Shown: positions 19,885 through 29,951, counted from the first letter of the stretch. The stretch: DNA of 64,000 nucleotides from Chloroflexia bacterium (GCA_038210655.1 JBBQWM010000003.1:49729-113728), one strand, 5' to 3'. The notes: generated from the sequence alone by a model not told the origin. Numbers and translations are program-made.

Positions 19885-21351
19885 ATGAAGATTGCAGTTC
19901 ACTGGTTCCGGCGCGACTTACGGCTGTTGGATAATACGGCCCTGACCCGTGCAACCGAAGCGGCGGAGCAGGTCGTGGCGGTGTTCGTTCTCGACCCCCG
20001 TTTGACGGACGGGCCGAAGGTCTGCCAGGCCCGGCTGGCTTTTATGTATAGCTGCTTGCACGAACTGAGCGAAAAATTGGCGGCGCGTGGCGGGCGGTTG
20101 ATTATTCGGCAAGGCGAACCAGCGACCGAATTGCATCGGGTGCTGCACGAGCTAGAAGCCGAAGCCCTTTTCTTTAACCGCGACTATACGCCCTATGCCC
20201 GCCGTCGGGATACAGCGGTTGAAAGCGAATTGCTTGCCGAGGGTTATGCCGTCCAATCTTTCAAAGACCTGGTGGTTTTCGAGAAAGACGAAGTGCTGTC
20301 CGGCGCTAATACGGTTTATACGGTTTTTACGCCCTATAAAAAACGCTGGCTTGATCGAATGGGAGATTTATCTCTTCAACGCCTGGAACCAAAATGGGTC
20401 AGTTTGAAGCTCGAAAATAAAAAGGCTCTGAGCTTAGCCACGTTGGAACTACCCGCTATACCCGCCGGGGTCGAGCAAGCCTTCTTTATGCCGGGAGGCG
20501 AGGAAGCCGGACGCAAGCGTCTGGCGGCTTTTGCCGGGGCGTTGGCTGGTAACGTTGGTCAGGCCGAGCAGCAGCCTCCCATTACCGAGTATGTTGCCCG
20601 GCGTAATTTCCCGGCTCAAGTTGGAACCAGCCAATTATCGCCTTTCTTGCGGTTTGGAGCGCTCTCGCCCCGCCAGTGTTATCGGGCCGCCCTTCATGCC
20701 CGTGAACGAGCCAACCGGGTAGCCCAGCAGGACAGTTGTGATACCTGGATCGGGGAGCTAATCTGGCGTGATTTTTACTATCAAATTATGTGGAATTTCC
20801 CGCACGTGGCCCGCTCGTCGTTCCAGCGGCGTTACGCTAATATGCAGTGGGAGAACAACGACGAACACTTTGCGGCCTGGTGCGAAGGTCGTACCGGCTA
20901 TCCAATTGTGGATGCCGCCATGCGCCAGCTTAATAGCCTCAACTGGATGCATAATCGCTTACGGATGATTACAGCCAGCTTTTTGACCAAAGATTTGCTG
21001 ATCGATTGGCGGTTGGGGGAACGCTATTTTTGGGAAAAGTTGGTGGATGGCGACCCAGCCTCAAATAATGGCGGTTGGCAATGGGCCGCCTCGACCGGGA
21101 CGGATGCCCAGCCCTACTTCCGCATGTTTAACCCAACCGCCCAGGGCCAAAAGTTCGACCCGACCGGGGAGTTCGTCCGGCAATGGGTTCCCGAACTGGC
21201 GAAAGTTCCCGACAAATATCTTCACGAACCAGTCACCATGCCACGCTCGCTCCAGGAACACCTGGGTGTGGTCATAGGCCGCGATTATCCGGCCCCTATC
21301 GTCGATCATCAGGCGGCCCGCGAGAGGGTGCTAAGAGTTTACAAGCAATAA
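19885..21351 (+). CDS. phrB: Deoxyribodipyrimidine photolyase (class I CPD)
   Basis: HWFRRDLRLLDN, TSQLSPFLRFG, ELIWRDFY, GRTGYPIVDAAMRQL, MHNRLRM, NNGGWQW. Confidence 0.95.
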   Translation: MKIAVHWFRRDLRLLDNTALTRATEAAEQVVAVFVLDPRLTDGPKVCQARLAFMYSCLHELSEKLAARGGRLIIRQGEPATELHRVLHELEAEALFFNRDYTPYARRRDTAVESELLAEGYAVQSFKDLVVFEKDEVLSGANTVYTVFTPYKKRWLDRMGDLSLQRLEPKWVSLKLENKKALSLATLELPAIPAGVEQAFFMPGGEEAGRKRLAAFAGALAGNVGQAEQQPPITEYVARRNFPAQVGTSQLSPFLRFGALSPRQCYRAALHARERANRVAQQDSCDTWIGELIWRDFYYQIMWNFPHVARSSFQRRYANMQWENNDEHFAAWCEGRTGYPIVDAAMRQLNSLNWMHNRLRMITASFLTKDLLIDWRLGERYFWEKLVDGDPASNNGGWQWAASTGTDAQPYFRMFNPTAQGQKFDPTGEFVRQWVPELAKVPDKYLHEPVTMPRSLQEHLGVVIGRDYPAPIVDHQAARERVLRVYKQ

Positions 21352-21365
21352 AAGTTGATTGTCAG

Positions 21366-22124
21366 ATGCTAAAAATTGAAAATATTGAAGTAATAAAGAA
21401 AAGACCGCGATCTAGCCATGAACCTGGCTATGAGATAGTTTTCAATGATGGCAGGTCAATTTGGATCACTAAAGGCCGAACAATTATAGCTTTATTGATC
21501 TTGATTAAATATGGCGAAGGTTCTGAAAGTGATCTAGCTAAAGGCTCTGAGAAGATACCCGAAATTAAAAAAATACTTCAAGGCAAATACCCAGAAAAGT
21601 TAATCAAAGATTATTATAGCGATGCCAATAAACCTTTTAGCGAACTCTGGAACGAAGAAGGCTTTGTTTGGATTAAAAATCCTATTGGACAACGCCGAGA
21701 ACGGAGCCAAAGCTATGTTCTTTTGCGTGAAGACCACGAAAAGCTTTTTGCGAAAGTAACCAAAGCTCATCGCAAAGGGCTTTCAACTATCGAGATTGTG
21801 AATTTAATACAGAGATTGCCCGGTTCTTGTAATCTTTGTGGTTCGAGAGTAGTGGTTGACCCACAGTTACCTCCTCACCCATTTAGTCGAGACAGGCTAA
21901 AAAGACGTATAGATCATCGTATTCCTGTTGAAAAAGGTGGAAGTAGCGACGATACGGCTAATTTCCAGGTATTGTGTTTTTACTGTAATAAAAGCAAGTG
22001 GCAAGTCTGTAATATATGCCCATTGCCTAATTGCAGCCAGACCTGCGTTTTAGCCTTCCCTGAAAGGAGTCATATAGTAGCTCCCACCGGAGAAGATATT
22101 TCTGACAGAATAAAAATCCTATAG
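21366..22124 (+). CDS. HNH endonuclease, putative restriction endonuclease
   Basis: CNLC...DHRIPVEKGG...NFQVLCFYCNKSK...CNIC; AT-rich; convergent with a C5 MTase. Confidence 0.75.
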   Translation: MLKIENIEVIKKRPRSSHEPGYEIVFNDGRSIWITKGRTIIALLILIKYGEGSESDLAKGSEKIPEIKKILQGKYPEKLIKDYYSDANKPFSELWNEEGFVWIKNPIGQRRERSQSYVLLREDHEKLFAKVTKAHRKGLSTIEIVNLIQRLPGSCNLCGSRVVVDPQLPPHPFSRDRLKRRIDHRIPVEKGGSSDDTANFQVLCFYCNKSKWQVCNICPLPNCSQTCVLAFPERSHIVAPTGEDISDRIKIL

Positions 22125-22136
22125 ACTCGGTAATAT

Positions 22137-23144
22137 TTAGAGATTCGCGTGGGCCAGAAATTCTTTAATATCAGAACCTATAGAAAAAATCACCGATGGA
22201 CAGACAGCGTTAGCTAATTGTTTTATAGCATGAGTTCTTGAGACACTAAACTTAAAATCGTCTGGGAATCCCATTATGCGTTTTATTTCTAGCAAGCTTA
22301 GATGTCTTCTTTCTTTGGTGTAAACTGGGATCATTGCACCTCCGCCACTATTACTTACTGCAAAAGTCGGAAGTGGAGCATCTATTGAACAGGCTCGAAT
22401 TCCACTCGATCTCATTTGAAGCACACAATCTTCTAAATTAACCCCTTTGTTTGCACTTTCGATAGCGATCCTTGTTTTTGGTAAATCGAACTCGATATCA
22501 TTTACGGTTATTTTATTGGTATAAAGATCTATATAGCGTTCCCACTTAGCTGAAATTGGAATACTATAATCACCCTGAGCTATAAAATGTTTAAAAGGAA
22601 TTTTACGAGTCCGTGCGTTAGTTATAGAAAAAAACAAACTGCTATGAACTTCTCTAAGAAACCCCAAAATATATACACGTTTTCTATGCTGTGGCACGCC
22701 AAAAAAAGCACTGTCCAAAATTTTGTAGTGAATATCGTAGCCTATCAAGTTAAGTTGCTGAAGAAGTGTTCGGAATGTTATCCCATCATTATGAGAAACA
22801 AAATTTGCCACGTTTTCTAAGATTAAAATAGGGGGTTTCTTAATTCCTATGATACGAAGAAGTTGGAGCAGGACTACTCCTCGTGGGTCTTGAAGTCCTA
22901 AGCGTTTGCCAGCTATTGAAAACGGTTGGCAGGGAAAGCCTGCACAGAAGATTTCAAAATCTGGCAGGTTATCAGGATTTAGATTAAAAATATCTTTTGC
23001 GCGAAATCTATCGCCGAAATTGAGATGGTAAGTTGCTTCGCAGTTATCATCTATTTCACATGAATAAACACAAGTCCAACCAATTTTCTCTAAACCGAGG
23101 CGAAATCCACCAATACCGGCACAAAAATCTGCAAATCTAAGCAT
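22137..23144 (-). CDS. DNA (cytosine-5) methyltransferase
   Basis: FADFCAGIGG, AGFPCQPFS, ENV, QHRKRVY, RIMGFP, KQLANAV (motifs I, IV, VI, VIII, IX, X). Confidence 0.93.
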   Translation of the reverse strand: MLRFADFCAGIGGFRLGLEKIGWTCVYSCEIDDNCEATYHLNFGDRFRAKDIFNLNPDNLPDFEIFCAGFPCQPFSIAGKRLGLQDPRGVVLLQLLRIIGIKKPPILILENVANFVSHNDGITFRTLLQQLNLIGYDIHYKILDSAFFGVPQHRKRVYILGFLREVHSSLFFSITNARTRKIPFKHFIAQGDYSIPISAKWERYIDLYTNKITVNDIEFDLPKTRIAIESANKGVNLEDCVLQMRSSGIRACSIDAPLPTFAVSNSGGGAMIPVYTKERRHLSLLEIKRIMGFPDDFKFSVSRTHAIKQLANAVCPSVIFSIGSDIKEFLAHANL

Positions 23145-23149
23145 TTTTA

Positions 23150-24256
23150 CTACCTTGAGGCTCGAAGCCGCTGCATCCGTTCCCATAGCAAATACATAGC
23201 GCGGTTATAAACGAGGTCGTAGGCTCCGGCGTAGCGCACGACTTCGCCCCCAAAGCCTTGCTTGAACCGATAGACCCCCCACAAACCGTCGCGGACATTT
23301 TTTTGGTCGAGGGTTTCGTTTTCGGGGACGCTATCGTCGGCGCCAACTTCGTCGGGGATACCCCAAAAGTCGTACCAGCTTGCGCCTTGTTCTTTGGCCC
23401 ATTGTAGCGCCTTCCATTGCAAAAGATAGGTTGGCATTTCGCGGCGATGTTCGTCGCTACTGGCTCCATAGAGATAGGCCGATTCTGGCCCAAAAGCGAA
23501 GACCATCAGGCCGGCTACCAGTTGACCCTGGAATTCGGCTAACCAGAGCGCCCCGCGCCCGCTATCTTCCGGCGAGTTGTAGAAAGTTTCCCAGACATCT
23601 TTGTAATAGTTAGCGGAGTGAATCCCAAAGCTATCACGTTGCCCGGTTTGCTCCATCAGTTTGTAGAAATTGCTAAAATCTGCCGGGTTGTTCGGGTCGG
23701 CCTGACGGCAAGTCACGCCCCGCCGTTCAGCCAGCCGAATATTATAGCGCGTTTTGTTTTTCATGCGTTCCAGCCAGCTTTCGGGTGGGCCGCTCAAGTC
23801 TACCCGGATCGTGCTGCGCGGCTGAACCGTCTCTGGCGAGAGCCGAAAATTATAGCGGTCGTGCAAAGCTTGTTCAAATTGGGGGTCAGCCGGATGGTTC
23901 GGCTCGATTTTGAGGTAGATTGCCCGGCGGCGGCGGGTGACTTGCCGCAAAGTATCCAGGAGGGTTTGCACCAACGGCCCATTGTTCCAATCGACGACCG
24001 GGCCTTTGGGGATATAAGCAACCGAGAGACCGGCCATTTCACGAAACAAAACCTGCGCTCCAGCCAAAATGCGCTCCTGGCCTGGCTCGGTAATAATTAC
24101 GCGCAAGCCTGGCCATTGGTGGCGGCGCTTAAAGTCGCCCCAGGCATAGCTCTGGAGCAAATGGCCGTTGGGATGGCCCAATACAAAACTATCCCAACGA
24201 CGACGCTGCCCTGGGCCGACCAAAATCGTGCCAGTTAGACCAGTTTCTTTTAGCAC
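23150..24256 (-). CDS. FemAB/FemX-family peptidoglycan bridge aminoacyltransferase
   Basis: LLQSYAWGDFK, YIPKGP, KTRYNIRLAERRGV, YLYGAS, YDFWGI, YRFKQGFGG. Confidence 0.92.
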   Translation of the reverse strand: MLKETGLTGTILVGPGQRRRWDSFVLGHPNGHLLQSYAWGDFKRRHQWPGLRVIITEPGQERILAGAQVLFREMAGLSVAYIPKGPVVDWNNGPLVQTLLDTLRQVTRRRRAIYLKIEPNHPADPQFEQALHDRYNFRLSPETVQPRSTIRVDLSGPPESWLERMKNKTRYNIRLAERRGVTCRQADPNNPADFSNFYKLMEQTGQRDSFGIHSANYYKDVWETFYNSPEDSGRGALWLAEFQGQLVAGLMVFAFGPESAYLYGASSDEHRREMPTYLLQWKALQWAKEQGASWYDFWGIPDEVGADDSVPENETLDQKNVRDGLWGVYRFKQGFGGEVVRYAGAYDLVYNRAMYLLWERMQRLRASR

Positions 24257-24260
24257 CCTG

Positions 24261-24857
24261 CTAATTGCCCGGAGTGTGATGATGGCCCAGACCTAGCAAC
24301 GGTACGTTGGCGGGTTGCATGCCCTGGTGCCGGTCAAACTCGGTTAATGGGTTAAGGGTCGGACGACAACCGCCACTGCGGAAAATATCCGGAATAGTAG
24401 CGATTTCGGTGAAATGGTCAACCAGGTTGATAAGCTCGTTTGAGGTGCTGATGCCAAAGCTAATCAACTCAAAGCGCACCCCTTTATCCTGGATCGCCCG
24501 TACCAAGCGGGCAAAGTCGCCATCCCCGCTAACCAGTACTACGACATCCAGGTTTTGGGATAGCAGCATCATATCGACGGCGATTTCAATGTCAAGGTTA
24601 GCTTTGATCCGCCCGGTGTCGTACTTATGAATATCCTTGCAAACTACCTTATAGCCATTGGCGCTCAGAAAGTCGATAAACTTCTTCTGGCTGTTGTTGT
24701 CCGGGTCGATGCCGGTATAAGCGCAGGCCCGAATCAGGTCGCGCCCGCGCGTGGAATAATCCAGCAATCGACAGTAATTAACTTCTACCCCGGCGCTCTT
24801 GGCCGAGTAAAACAAATTGGACACGTCTACAAAGACGCCTACATTTTGTCCCATCAA
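24261..24857 (-). CDS. NYN domain protein (LabA/DUF88)
   Basis: VFVDVSNL, KANLDIEIAVD, LVSGDGDF, SNELINLVDHF. Confidence 0.9.
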   Translation of the reverse strand: MMGQNVGVFVDVSNLFYSAKSAGVEVNYCRLLDYSTRGRDLIRACAYTGIDPDNNSQKKFIDFLSANGYKVVCKDIHKYDTGRIKANLDIEIAVDMMLLSQNLDVVVLVSGDGDFARLVRAIQDKGVRFELISFGISTSNELINLVDHFTEIATIPDIFRSGGCRPTLNPLTEFDRHQGMQPANVPLLGLGHHHTPGN

Positions 24858-24928
24858 AACACCTCATTTTCTGCTGTAAAAGAGTCTTAAAAAGTCGCTT
24901 TTATAAAAATTCCCTACTCTATCTTAAA

Positions 24929-26149
24929 TCAAGCTTCCAATTCGCGTTGGATTACCTCGCCTAGCTTACGAAGACCCGGCTCGATTTCTTCCAGCTTGAG
25001 ATAACTGAAGGCCAGACGAATGGTGTTACGTCCGCCTCGGCTGGCAAAACAGGCTGGCCCTGGTAGATAATTAACACCAGCCTCGATTGCTTTCGGTAAC
25101 ATTTTAACAGTATCTATCCCTTCAGGCAACTCTAACCATATAAAGAAGCCGCCCTGGGGTTGAGTCCAGCGTGCGCCCTCCGGCATATAACGTTCTAACC
25201 CGGCCAGAGTGCGGTCGCGCTTCTTGCGGTAAATGTCAATCAGCTTTTTGGTATGAGCTTCAAGCTGACCGTTTTCGGCGAACTTGGCGGCTGTATAACC
25301 AGCAAAGGAGTTCGTTCCGCCATCATCCTTGAGCGAGGCCATCTTGCCCACCAATTGAGCCGGGCCACCGACCCAGCCCAGACGCATCCCGGCTGCCAGT
25401 GTTTTTGAGAAAGTGCCACAGTGCAGCACGTTTTGGTTCTGGTCGAGCGTCCATAGCCAGGGTGGAACCTGTCCCTCGAAAATCAAGCCGTGATAGGCAT
25501 CGTCCTCCAAAATCAGAATCTGGTGGCGGCGAGCGATTTCAAGCATGGCCTGACGGCCTTCCAGGTTGAGTGTAACGCCGGTCGGATTCTGGAAAGTCGG
25601 GATCGTATAAAGAAACTTGACCCGCTTGCCAGCCGCCTTTAGTTCGGTCAGCTTTGCGTCCAGCGCCTCAATATTTATACCCTCGTCGCCCAGCGGCACT
25701 TCGGCAATTTCGGCTTCGTGGTTTTGAAAAGTCCGTACTGCACCCAAAAAGGTCGGTGCTTCGACCAGAATATAATCACCGGGGTCGATCAACAACCGAC
25801 AAACTAATCCCAACGCCTGACTCGACCCTGCCGTTATCAAAAGATTCTGGTGGGTTAGTTCCAGCCCCTGATCGCGCTTGATAGCATCGAGCAAGTAATT
25901 GGTTAGCGGACGGGGTGCGCCGTATTGCAAAGCAGCGGCGGCCTGTTCGCGCATTACTGCTTCCGCCGCTTCCGCGAGTTCTTTAGCCGGGAAGGACGGC
26001 TCGTCCGGCAGGCCATAAACAAACGAAATGACCTGCCCGGCCCCGCTCGGCATCATGGCCGGGGGCAAATTCGCGGCCCGATGCGCCAGCAAACCTTCGC
26101 TCCAATTGGCCTCAGTTCCAGTTGTGGTATCTTTAGGTGCGGTTGTCAA
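24929..26149 (-). CDS. PLP-dependent aminotransferase class I/II (LysN/ARO8-like)
   Basis: YTIPTFQNPTG, EDDAY, GTFSKTLAAGMRLGW, PQGGFFIW, IRLAFS. Confidence 0.92.
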   Translation of the reverse strand: MTTAPKDTTTGTEANWSEGLLAHRAANLPPAMMPSGAGQVISFVYGLPDEPSFPAKELAEAAEAVMREQAAAALQYGAPRPLTNYLLDAIKRDQGLELTHQNLLITAGSSQALGLVCRLLIDPGDYILVEAPTFLGAVRTFQNHEAEIAEVPLGDEGINIEALDAKLTELKAAGKRVKFLYTIPTFQNPTGVTLNLEGRQAMLEIARRHQILILEDDAYHGLIFEGQVPPWLWTLDQNQNVLHCGTFSKTLAAGMRLGWVGGPAQLVGKMASLKDDGGTNSFAGYTAAKFAENGQLEAHTKKLIDIYRKKRDRTLAGLERYMPEGARWTQPQGGFFIWLELPEGIDTVKMLPKAIEAGVNYLPGPACFASRGGRNTIRLAFSYLKLEEIEPGLRKLGEVIQRELEA

Positions 26150-26382
26150 TGCTTGCCTCTCTCTCTAAAATTTCTTTTTGGTTGGTTTATCTTTATTAGA
26201 TCACGAATCGTGTTTATTGTACTAAAAGACCGCTCTAAATGTATCCGTTAAGTAGCCTAATCTGCCTTTTTGTTTGTTTAGCAACCGAGCATAAACTTTT
26301 TATGAGATAATTTCCCTGGGTGCTAAAGGCGGGCGACGAGAAGGCCAAATCCGATTTCTAAATATTAGACTCAACTCTCCAA

Positions 26383-26997
26383 TTAACTCTCATAATCGAA
26401 CAAATCCGAAACGGGCATGGTGAAGCCGGACAAGATTTCTTCACCCTCAAGCTGATCGCTGCGACCCAGAAGCTTGACTGGCTTTAAGCTATCTTGCAGG
26501 TGATAGATTTCAACAGTTCCAATCTTCTTTTTAGGGGCCGTTTTAAGCGGGTAGATCAGCCAGACTACATTCCACCCGGCAGTTCGGTAATCCTCAAATT
26601 TCTCTCGATACAGACCGGGTCTATCGTGGGTCGAGTAGACTTCGACTGCCAGACTGGGCCTGACCGTAACCGCTCCTGCGTCCAGGGTGCTAATCAAACT
26701 GGCCGGTATAAAAGTCAGATCAGGTGAGCGTATTGTGTCGGTATCGGGGTCAACTTTCAGCTTGAAGAGGCCCGGCGGTAATACTCGCCCTAGCCGTTTG
26801 GAACGTACATAATCCCTAAGTGCGCCGTATAAGTTATCCGCTACCAACATGTGTTCACCGCCTGGATGTGACATCTCTTGGATTACTCCTCTCACCAACT
26901 CATAGCGTTTGTCTGGGTCAAGCTCCATAGTCATAAATTCTTCGGCGGTGTAGAGCCGAGTACGCGGTGTGTCGGTAGTTCTTAACGGTAAAGCCAT
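26383..26997 (-). CDS. Uma2 family endonuclease (DUF820), paralog 2
   Basis: YELVRG, RSPDLTF, LAVEVYS, K..DY..AG, WLIYP. Confidence 0.9.
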   Translation of the reverse strand: MALPLRTTDTPRTRLYTAEEFMTMELDPDKRYELVRGVIQEMSHPGGEHMLVADNLYGALRDYVRSKRLGRVLPPGLFKLKVDPDTDTIRSPDLTFIPASLISTLDAGAVTVRPSLAVEVYSTHDRPGLYREKFEDYRTAGWNVVWLIYPLKTAPKKKIGTVEIYHLQDSLKPVKLLGRSDQLEGEEILSGFTMPVSDLFDYES

Positions 26998-27039
26998 ACT
27001 TTCACGCTCCTTTTTCCAGCACTGAACTCTCCTGGTTGA

Positions 27040-27651
27040 TTAGCTCTCGTAATCGAACAGATCGGCGACCAGCATCGTGAAGCCGGACAAGCTTTCTTCG
27101 CCTTCAAGTTGATCGGTGCGACCTAGAATCTTGACTGGCTTTAAGCTGTCTTGCAGGTGATAGATTTCGACTGTTCCAGTCTTCTTTTTTGGCATCTCGT
27201 GGAGCGGGTAGATCAGCCAGACTACATTCCACCCGGCAGTTCGGTAATCCTCAAATTTCTCTCGATACAGACCGGGTCTATCGTGGGTCGAATAAACCTC
27301 AACTGCCAAATTGGGTATGACGGTGAAAGCGCGGGGTTGTCCGGTGATCTTTTCTTTGGAGAGGAAAACCAGGTCAGGCGAACGTACTGTGTCAGTCTCA
27401 GGCTCAATCTTTAGCTTGAAGTTGCCGGGTGGTAGCACCCGGCCCAGGCTTCTAGACCGCACATAGTCTCTAAGCGCTCCATAAAGGTTATCCGTTACGA
27501 GGGTATGTTCTTCGCCGGGATGTGACATTGCTTCCACAACTCCTCTCACCAGTTCATAGCGTTTGCCTGGGTCAAGGTCCAGGGTCATAAATTCTTCGGC
27601 GGTATAGAGCCGAGTACGTGGGGTGTCGGTAGTTCTTAACGGTAAGGCCAT
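27040..27651 (-). CDS. Uma2 family endonuclease (DUF820), paralog 1
   Basis: Same motifs; tandem duplicate of the adjacent gene. Confidence 0.9.
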   Translation of the reverse strand: MALPLRTTDTPRTRLYTAEEFMTLDLDPGKRYELVRGVVEAMSHPGEEHTLVTDNLYGALRDYVRSRSLGRVLPPGNFKLKIEPETDTVRSPDLVFLSKEKITGQPRAFTVIPNLAVEVYSTHDRPGLYREKFEDYRTAGWNVVWLIYPLHEMPKKKTGTVEIYHLQDSLKPVKILGRTDQLEGEESLSGFTMLVADLFDYES

Positions 27652-27728
27652 ATTTTTACGCTCCTGACTTTTCCTGAGTCGATATTCTTTACGGCAAATT
27701 GCAAAGAGCTTGGGCTATCCGATTTTCT

Positions 27729-27801
27729 GTAGGAGCGAGCTTCTGCTCGCGATTGGACACCCAGCCGTATCTTCCAATCGCGAGCAGAAGCTCGCTCCTA
27801 C
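27729..27801. repeat. REP doublet (REPIN-like), family A
   Basis: GTAGGAGCGAGCTTCTGCTCGCGATTG-spacer-CAATCGCGAGCAGAAGCTCGCTCCTAC. Confidence 0.88.
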
Positions 27802-27826
27802 AAGGGATCAATCTCTTTGTAACTAC

Positions 27827-28768
27827 TTAGCGGTTGCCCAAAACATTGAGCGGGTTGTTGGAGTAGACGATTTCGGCTAGGGCTTCGGTAGCGGCGGTTG
27901 CCAGCGTCTCGTCTTCGCTTTTGTTTAAGAGGTTGAGCATGCGATTGGCTTCCGGCCCGCCGATCTGACCGAGCGCCCAGATTGCCGCCAATTGTACCTC
28001 GCGGTCTTCGTCCTCGACCAAACCGATAATCGGTTGCAAAAGTTCTTCGGAGGCCAGTTCCCCAGCAGCAGTGGCGGCTTCGTAGCGCAAAGCCGGTTCG
28101 CGGCTGCTCAATTCTTTGCCGACTTCCGGCAACCAGCGTTTGTTGACCGAGCGACCCATCGCCTTGAGAGCGCTTTGTTTAACCAGATCATCATCGCTGG
28201 CATAAGCGTTGTCGATCAATTTTAGGGTACGGTCGTCCTGCCCGAAATAGCCGAGCGCCTCGATACAACGCCGCCGGACATAGACCGAGCTATTTTCGGA
28301 GGTGCATTGGGCAAAAAGCTCTTCGCGCATCCGCTCGACCAACCGGCCCTTGAATTTGCCAAGTTCAGCCAGGTAAGCGAAATGGCTCAGGCCCAACGCC
28401 GCTTTCTCGCGCACGGTCTCATCCGGGTCGTTTGTCAACATCGTCAGCAGCTTGCTCAAAAAGTCGCGGGTTTCGTCTTCCCATAATCCCTCGATAGCCC
28501 GGCCCCGCACCTGAGCATCCGGGTCGTCCAGCATGTGGAAGAAAGGAATATTATAGACCAGTTTTACATCATCCTCGGCCAGTTCAATCATAGTCGAAAC
28601 GACCTTGCGCCGTCGTTCAAGCGGTAAGTCCTTCCATGTCGCTTCAAAGCTGGCCTGATCTTCTGGCTCCATATCCGAGAGGGCCGCAAGCGCCAGCGCC
28701 GACAAAGGCTGTTCGACATCCCTAATCTTAGCCAGACTTTCATTAAATTTTGGTGGTTGGTTTGCCAT
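27827..28768 (-). CDS. HEAT/PBS-lyase repeat protein
   Basis: Repeated VR..A..ALG units (DPDAQVRGRAIEGL, DPDETVREKAALGL, DEDREVQLAAIWALG). Confidence 0.85.
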   Translation of the reverse strand: MANQPPKFNESLAKIRDVEQPLSALALAALSDMEPEDQASFEATWKDLPLERRRKVVSTMIELAEDDVKLVYNIPFFHMLDDPDAQVRGRAIEGLWEDETRDFLSKLLTMLTNDPDETVREKAALGLSHFAYLAELGKFKGRLVERMREELFAQCTSENSSVYVRRRCIEALGYFGQDDRTLKLIDNAYASDDDLVKQSALKAMGRSVNKRWLPEVGKELSSREPALRYEAATAAGELASEELLQPIIGLVEDEDREVQLAAIWALGQIGGPEANRMLNLLNKSEDETLATAATEALAEIVYSNNPLNVLGNR

Positions 28769-28806
28769 TATATTATCTACCTCTGAATATAAATAAATTT
28801 CCAATA

Positions 28807-28881
28807 AGAGCCTATCCCAATAGATTGAGGGTAGGGGCGGCCTGTCAACTGGTTGTATGGTCGCCCTACTGGAATAGGCTC
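28807..28881. repeat. REP-like palindrome family B inside a larger inverted repeat
   Basis: gtaggggcggcc-tgtcaactggttgtat-ggtcgccctac at 28831-28869 flanked by agagcctatcccaatag / ctactggaataggctct. Confidence 0.7.
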
Positions 28882-29082
28882 TAAGGGAAAATTCTTACGA
28901 AATAAATAGCACCTGGGTTCGGCGCAATTTTTGAGCCTACCGCCAGGGCTGTATTCTTCTAAACCCTTACTATTTTAACATGATTGGCAAGTGAAGGTCT
29001 GATATTTGTGGGAATAGGCTGGGTGTCAGATTTTTGCATAGACTCAACCTCCGCTTAGGGGGCGGTAAAGCTGGGATACCCT

Positions 29083-29637
29083 CTAAGGTTTCTTTTTGAG
29101 AAAATCGGGGATTGCCAGGGTTGGGTCGCTCAGGGAGGGTACAATACCCCGGAAAGGATGATCTGCGTCCATATCGTGGCACAAGCGGAGCCATTCTTCA
29201 AGCTGGACTTCTTGACGGATTGTGCTGGCGCTGACCCGTTCGAGGCAACGCGCCGGAATATAGGTCAGTTTACCACCCCAATCCCAGCCTTTTTTGAACA
29301 GTTCGGGCGCATCCAGCAAAAGCCCCTGGTTGCGGTCATCATAAGGAATTATACCAATCTCGCTTACCGAGAATAACCCTTCGCCTTGCGCGATCAGGTA
29401 GCGTTCGGCCTCGATCAGGCGGTAGACAAAAAAGCCGGGGGTTTTTACCGTCCGGTCGAGCCTGCTCATCCAATACATATACCAGACCGTATAAGTCAGG
29501 CTAGTATGAATAGTGGGCAGGGTTCCTCTGGCAAACAAAGGTTGACCGTCCAGTTGTACCAGCGTTCCGTGATAGAAGCGGGATTTGGCGGCCTCGCTGT
29601 GCGCCATTTTCGATTTTGAACCCGATATTGTCTCCAT
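29083..29637 (-). CDS. Hypothetical protein
   Basis: Long ORF filling the gap, globular composition; no recognised family. Confidence 0.55.
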   Translation of the reverse strand: METISGSKSKMAHSEAAKSRFYHGTLVQLDGQPLFARGTLPTIHTSLTYTVWYMYWMSRLDRTVKTPGFFVYRLIEAERYLIAQGEGLFSVSEIGIIPYDDRNQGLLLDAPELFKKGWDWGGKLTYIPARCLERVSASTIRQEVQLEEWLRLCHDMDADHPFRGIVPSLSDPTLAIPDFLKKKP

Positions 29638-29691
29638 AGCCTTAGTATAATAAACTAGCCTGACCTTAAGCACAATACCCGTCCGATGTAA

Positions 29692-29873
29692 GGGTGTACG
29701 TCAATTTTTTGCAAACTAACCAGGTTGTACCACTGCCTAAACCGGGGTGATGAGTATATATTAGAAAAATTTTCTACGAAAATTTTCTAATATATTTTTA
29801 GTAGTTTAGAGCGGAGTTTTCACAGTCTCCTGTTATTGTTGTTTGAACTCATGCAAAAAACTGACGCGCACCT
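29692..29873. mobile_element. MITE copy 2 (182 bp)
   Basis: TIRs GGGTGTACGTCAATTTTTTGCA / AGGTGCGCGTCAGTTTTTTGCA; colinear with copy 1; degenerate 9-bp TSD ccgatgtaa / ccaatctaa (7/9). Confidence 0.82.
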
Positions 29874-29896
29874 CCAATCTAATATTAAGGCTATAA

Positions 29897-29932
29897 ACAA
29901 AACAGGCTACCTTGGTGGGGCAGCCTGCTTTT
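29897..29932 (-). terminator. Rho-independent terminator of the FHA gene
   Basis: caggctgcc-loop-ggtagcctg followed by a T-rich run on the minus strand. Confidence 0.65.
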
Positions 29933-29951
29933 CGGTCGTTTTCAAAGGGTT

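Noticed and set aside
21183-21365. Long N-terminal extension of the HNH ORF
   Set aside because: Overlaps the photolyase 3' end out of frame with host-like GC; the AT-rich gene begins at ATG 21366.
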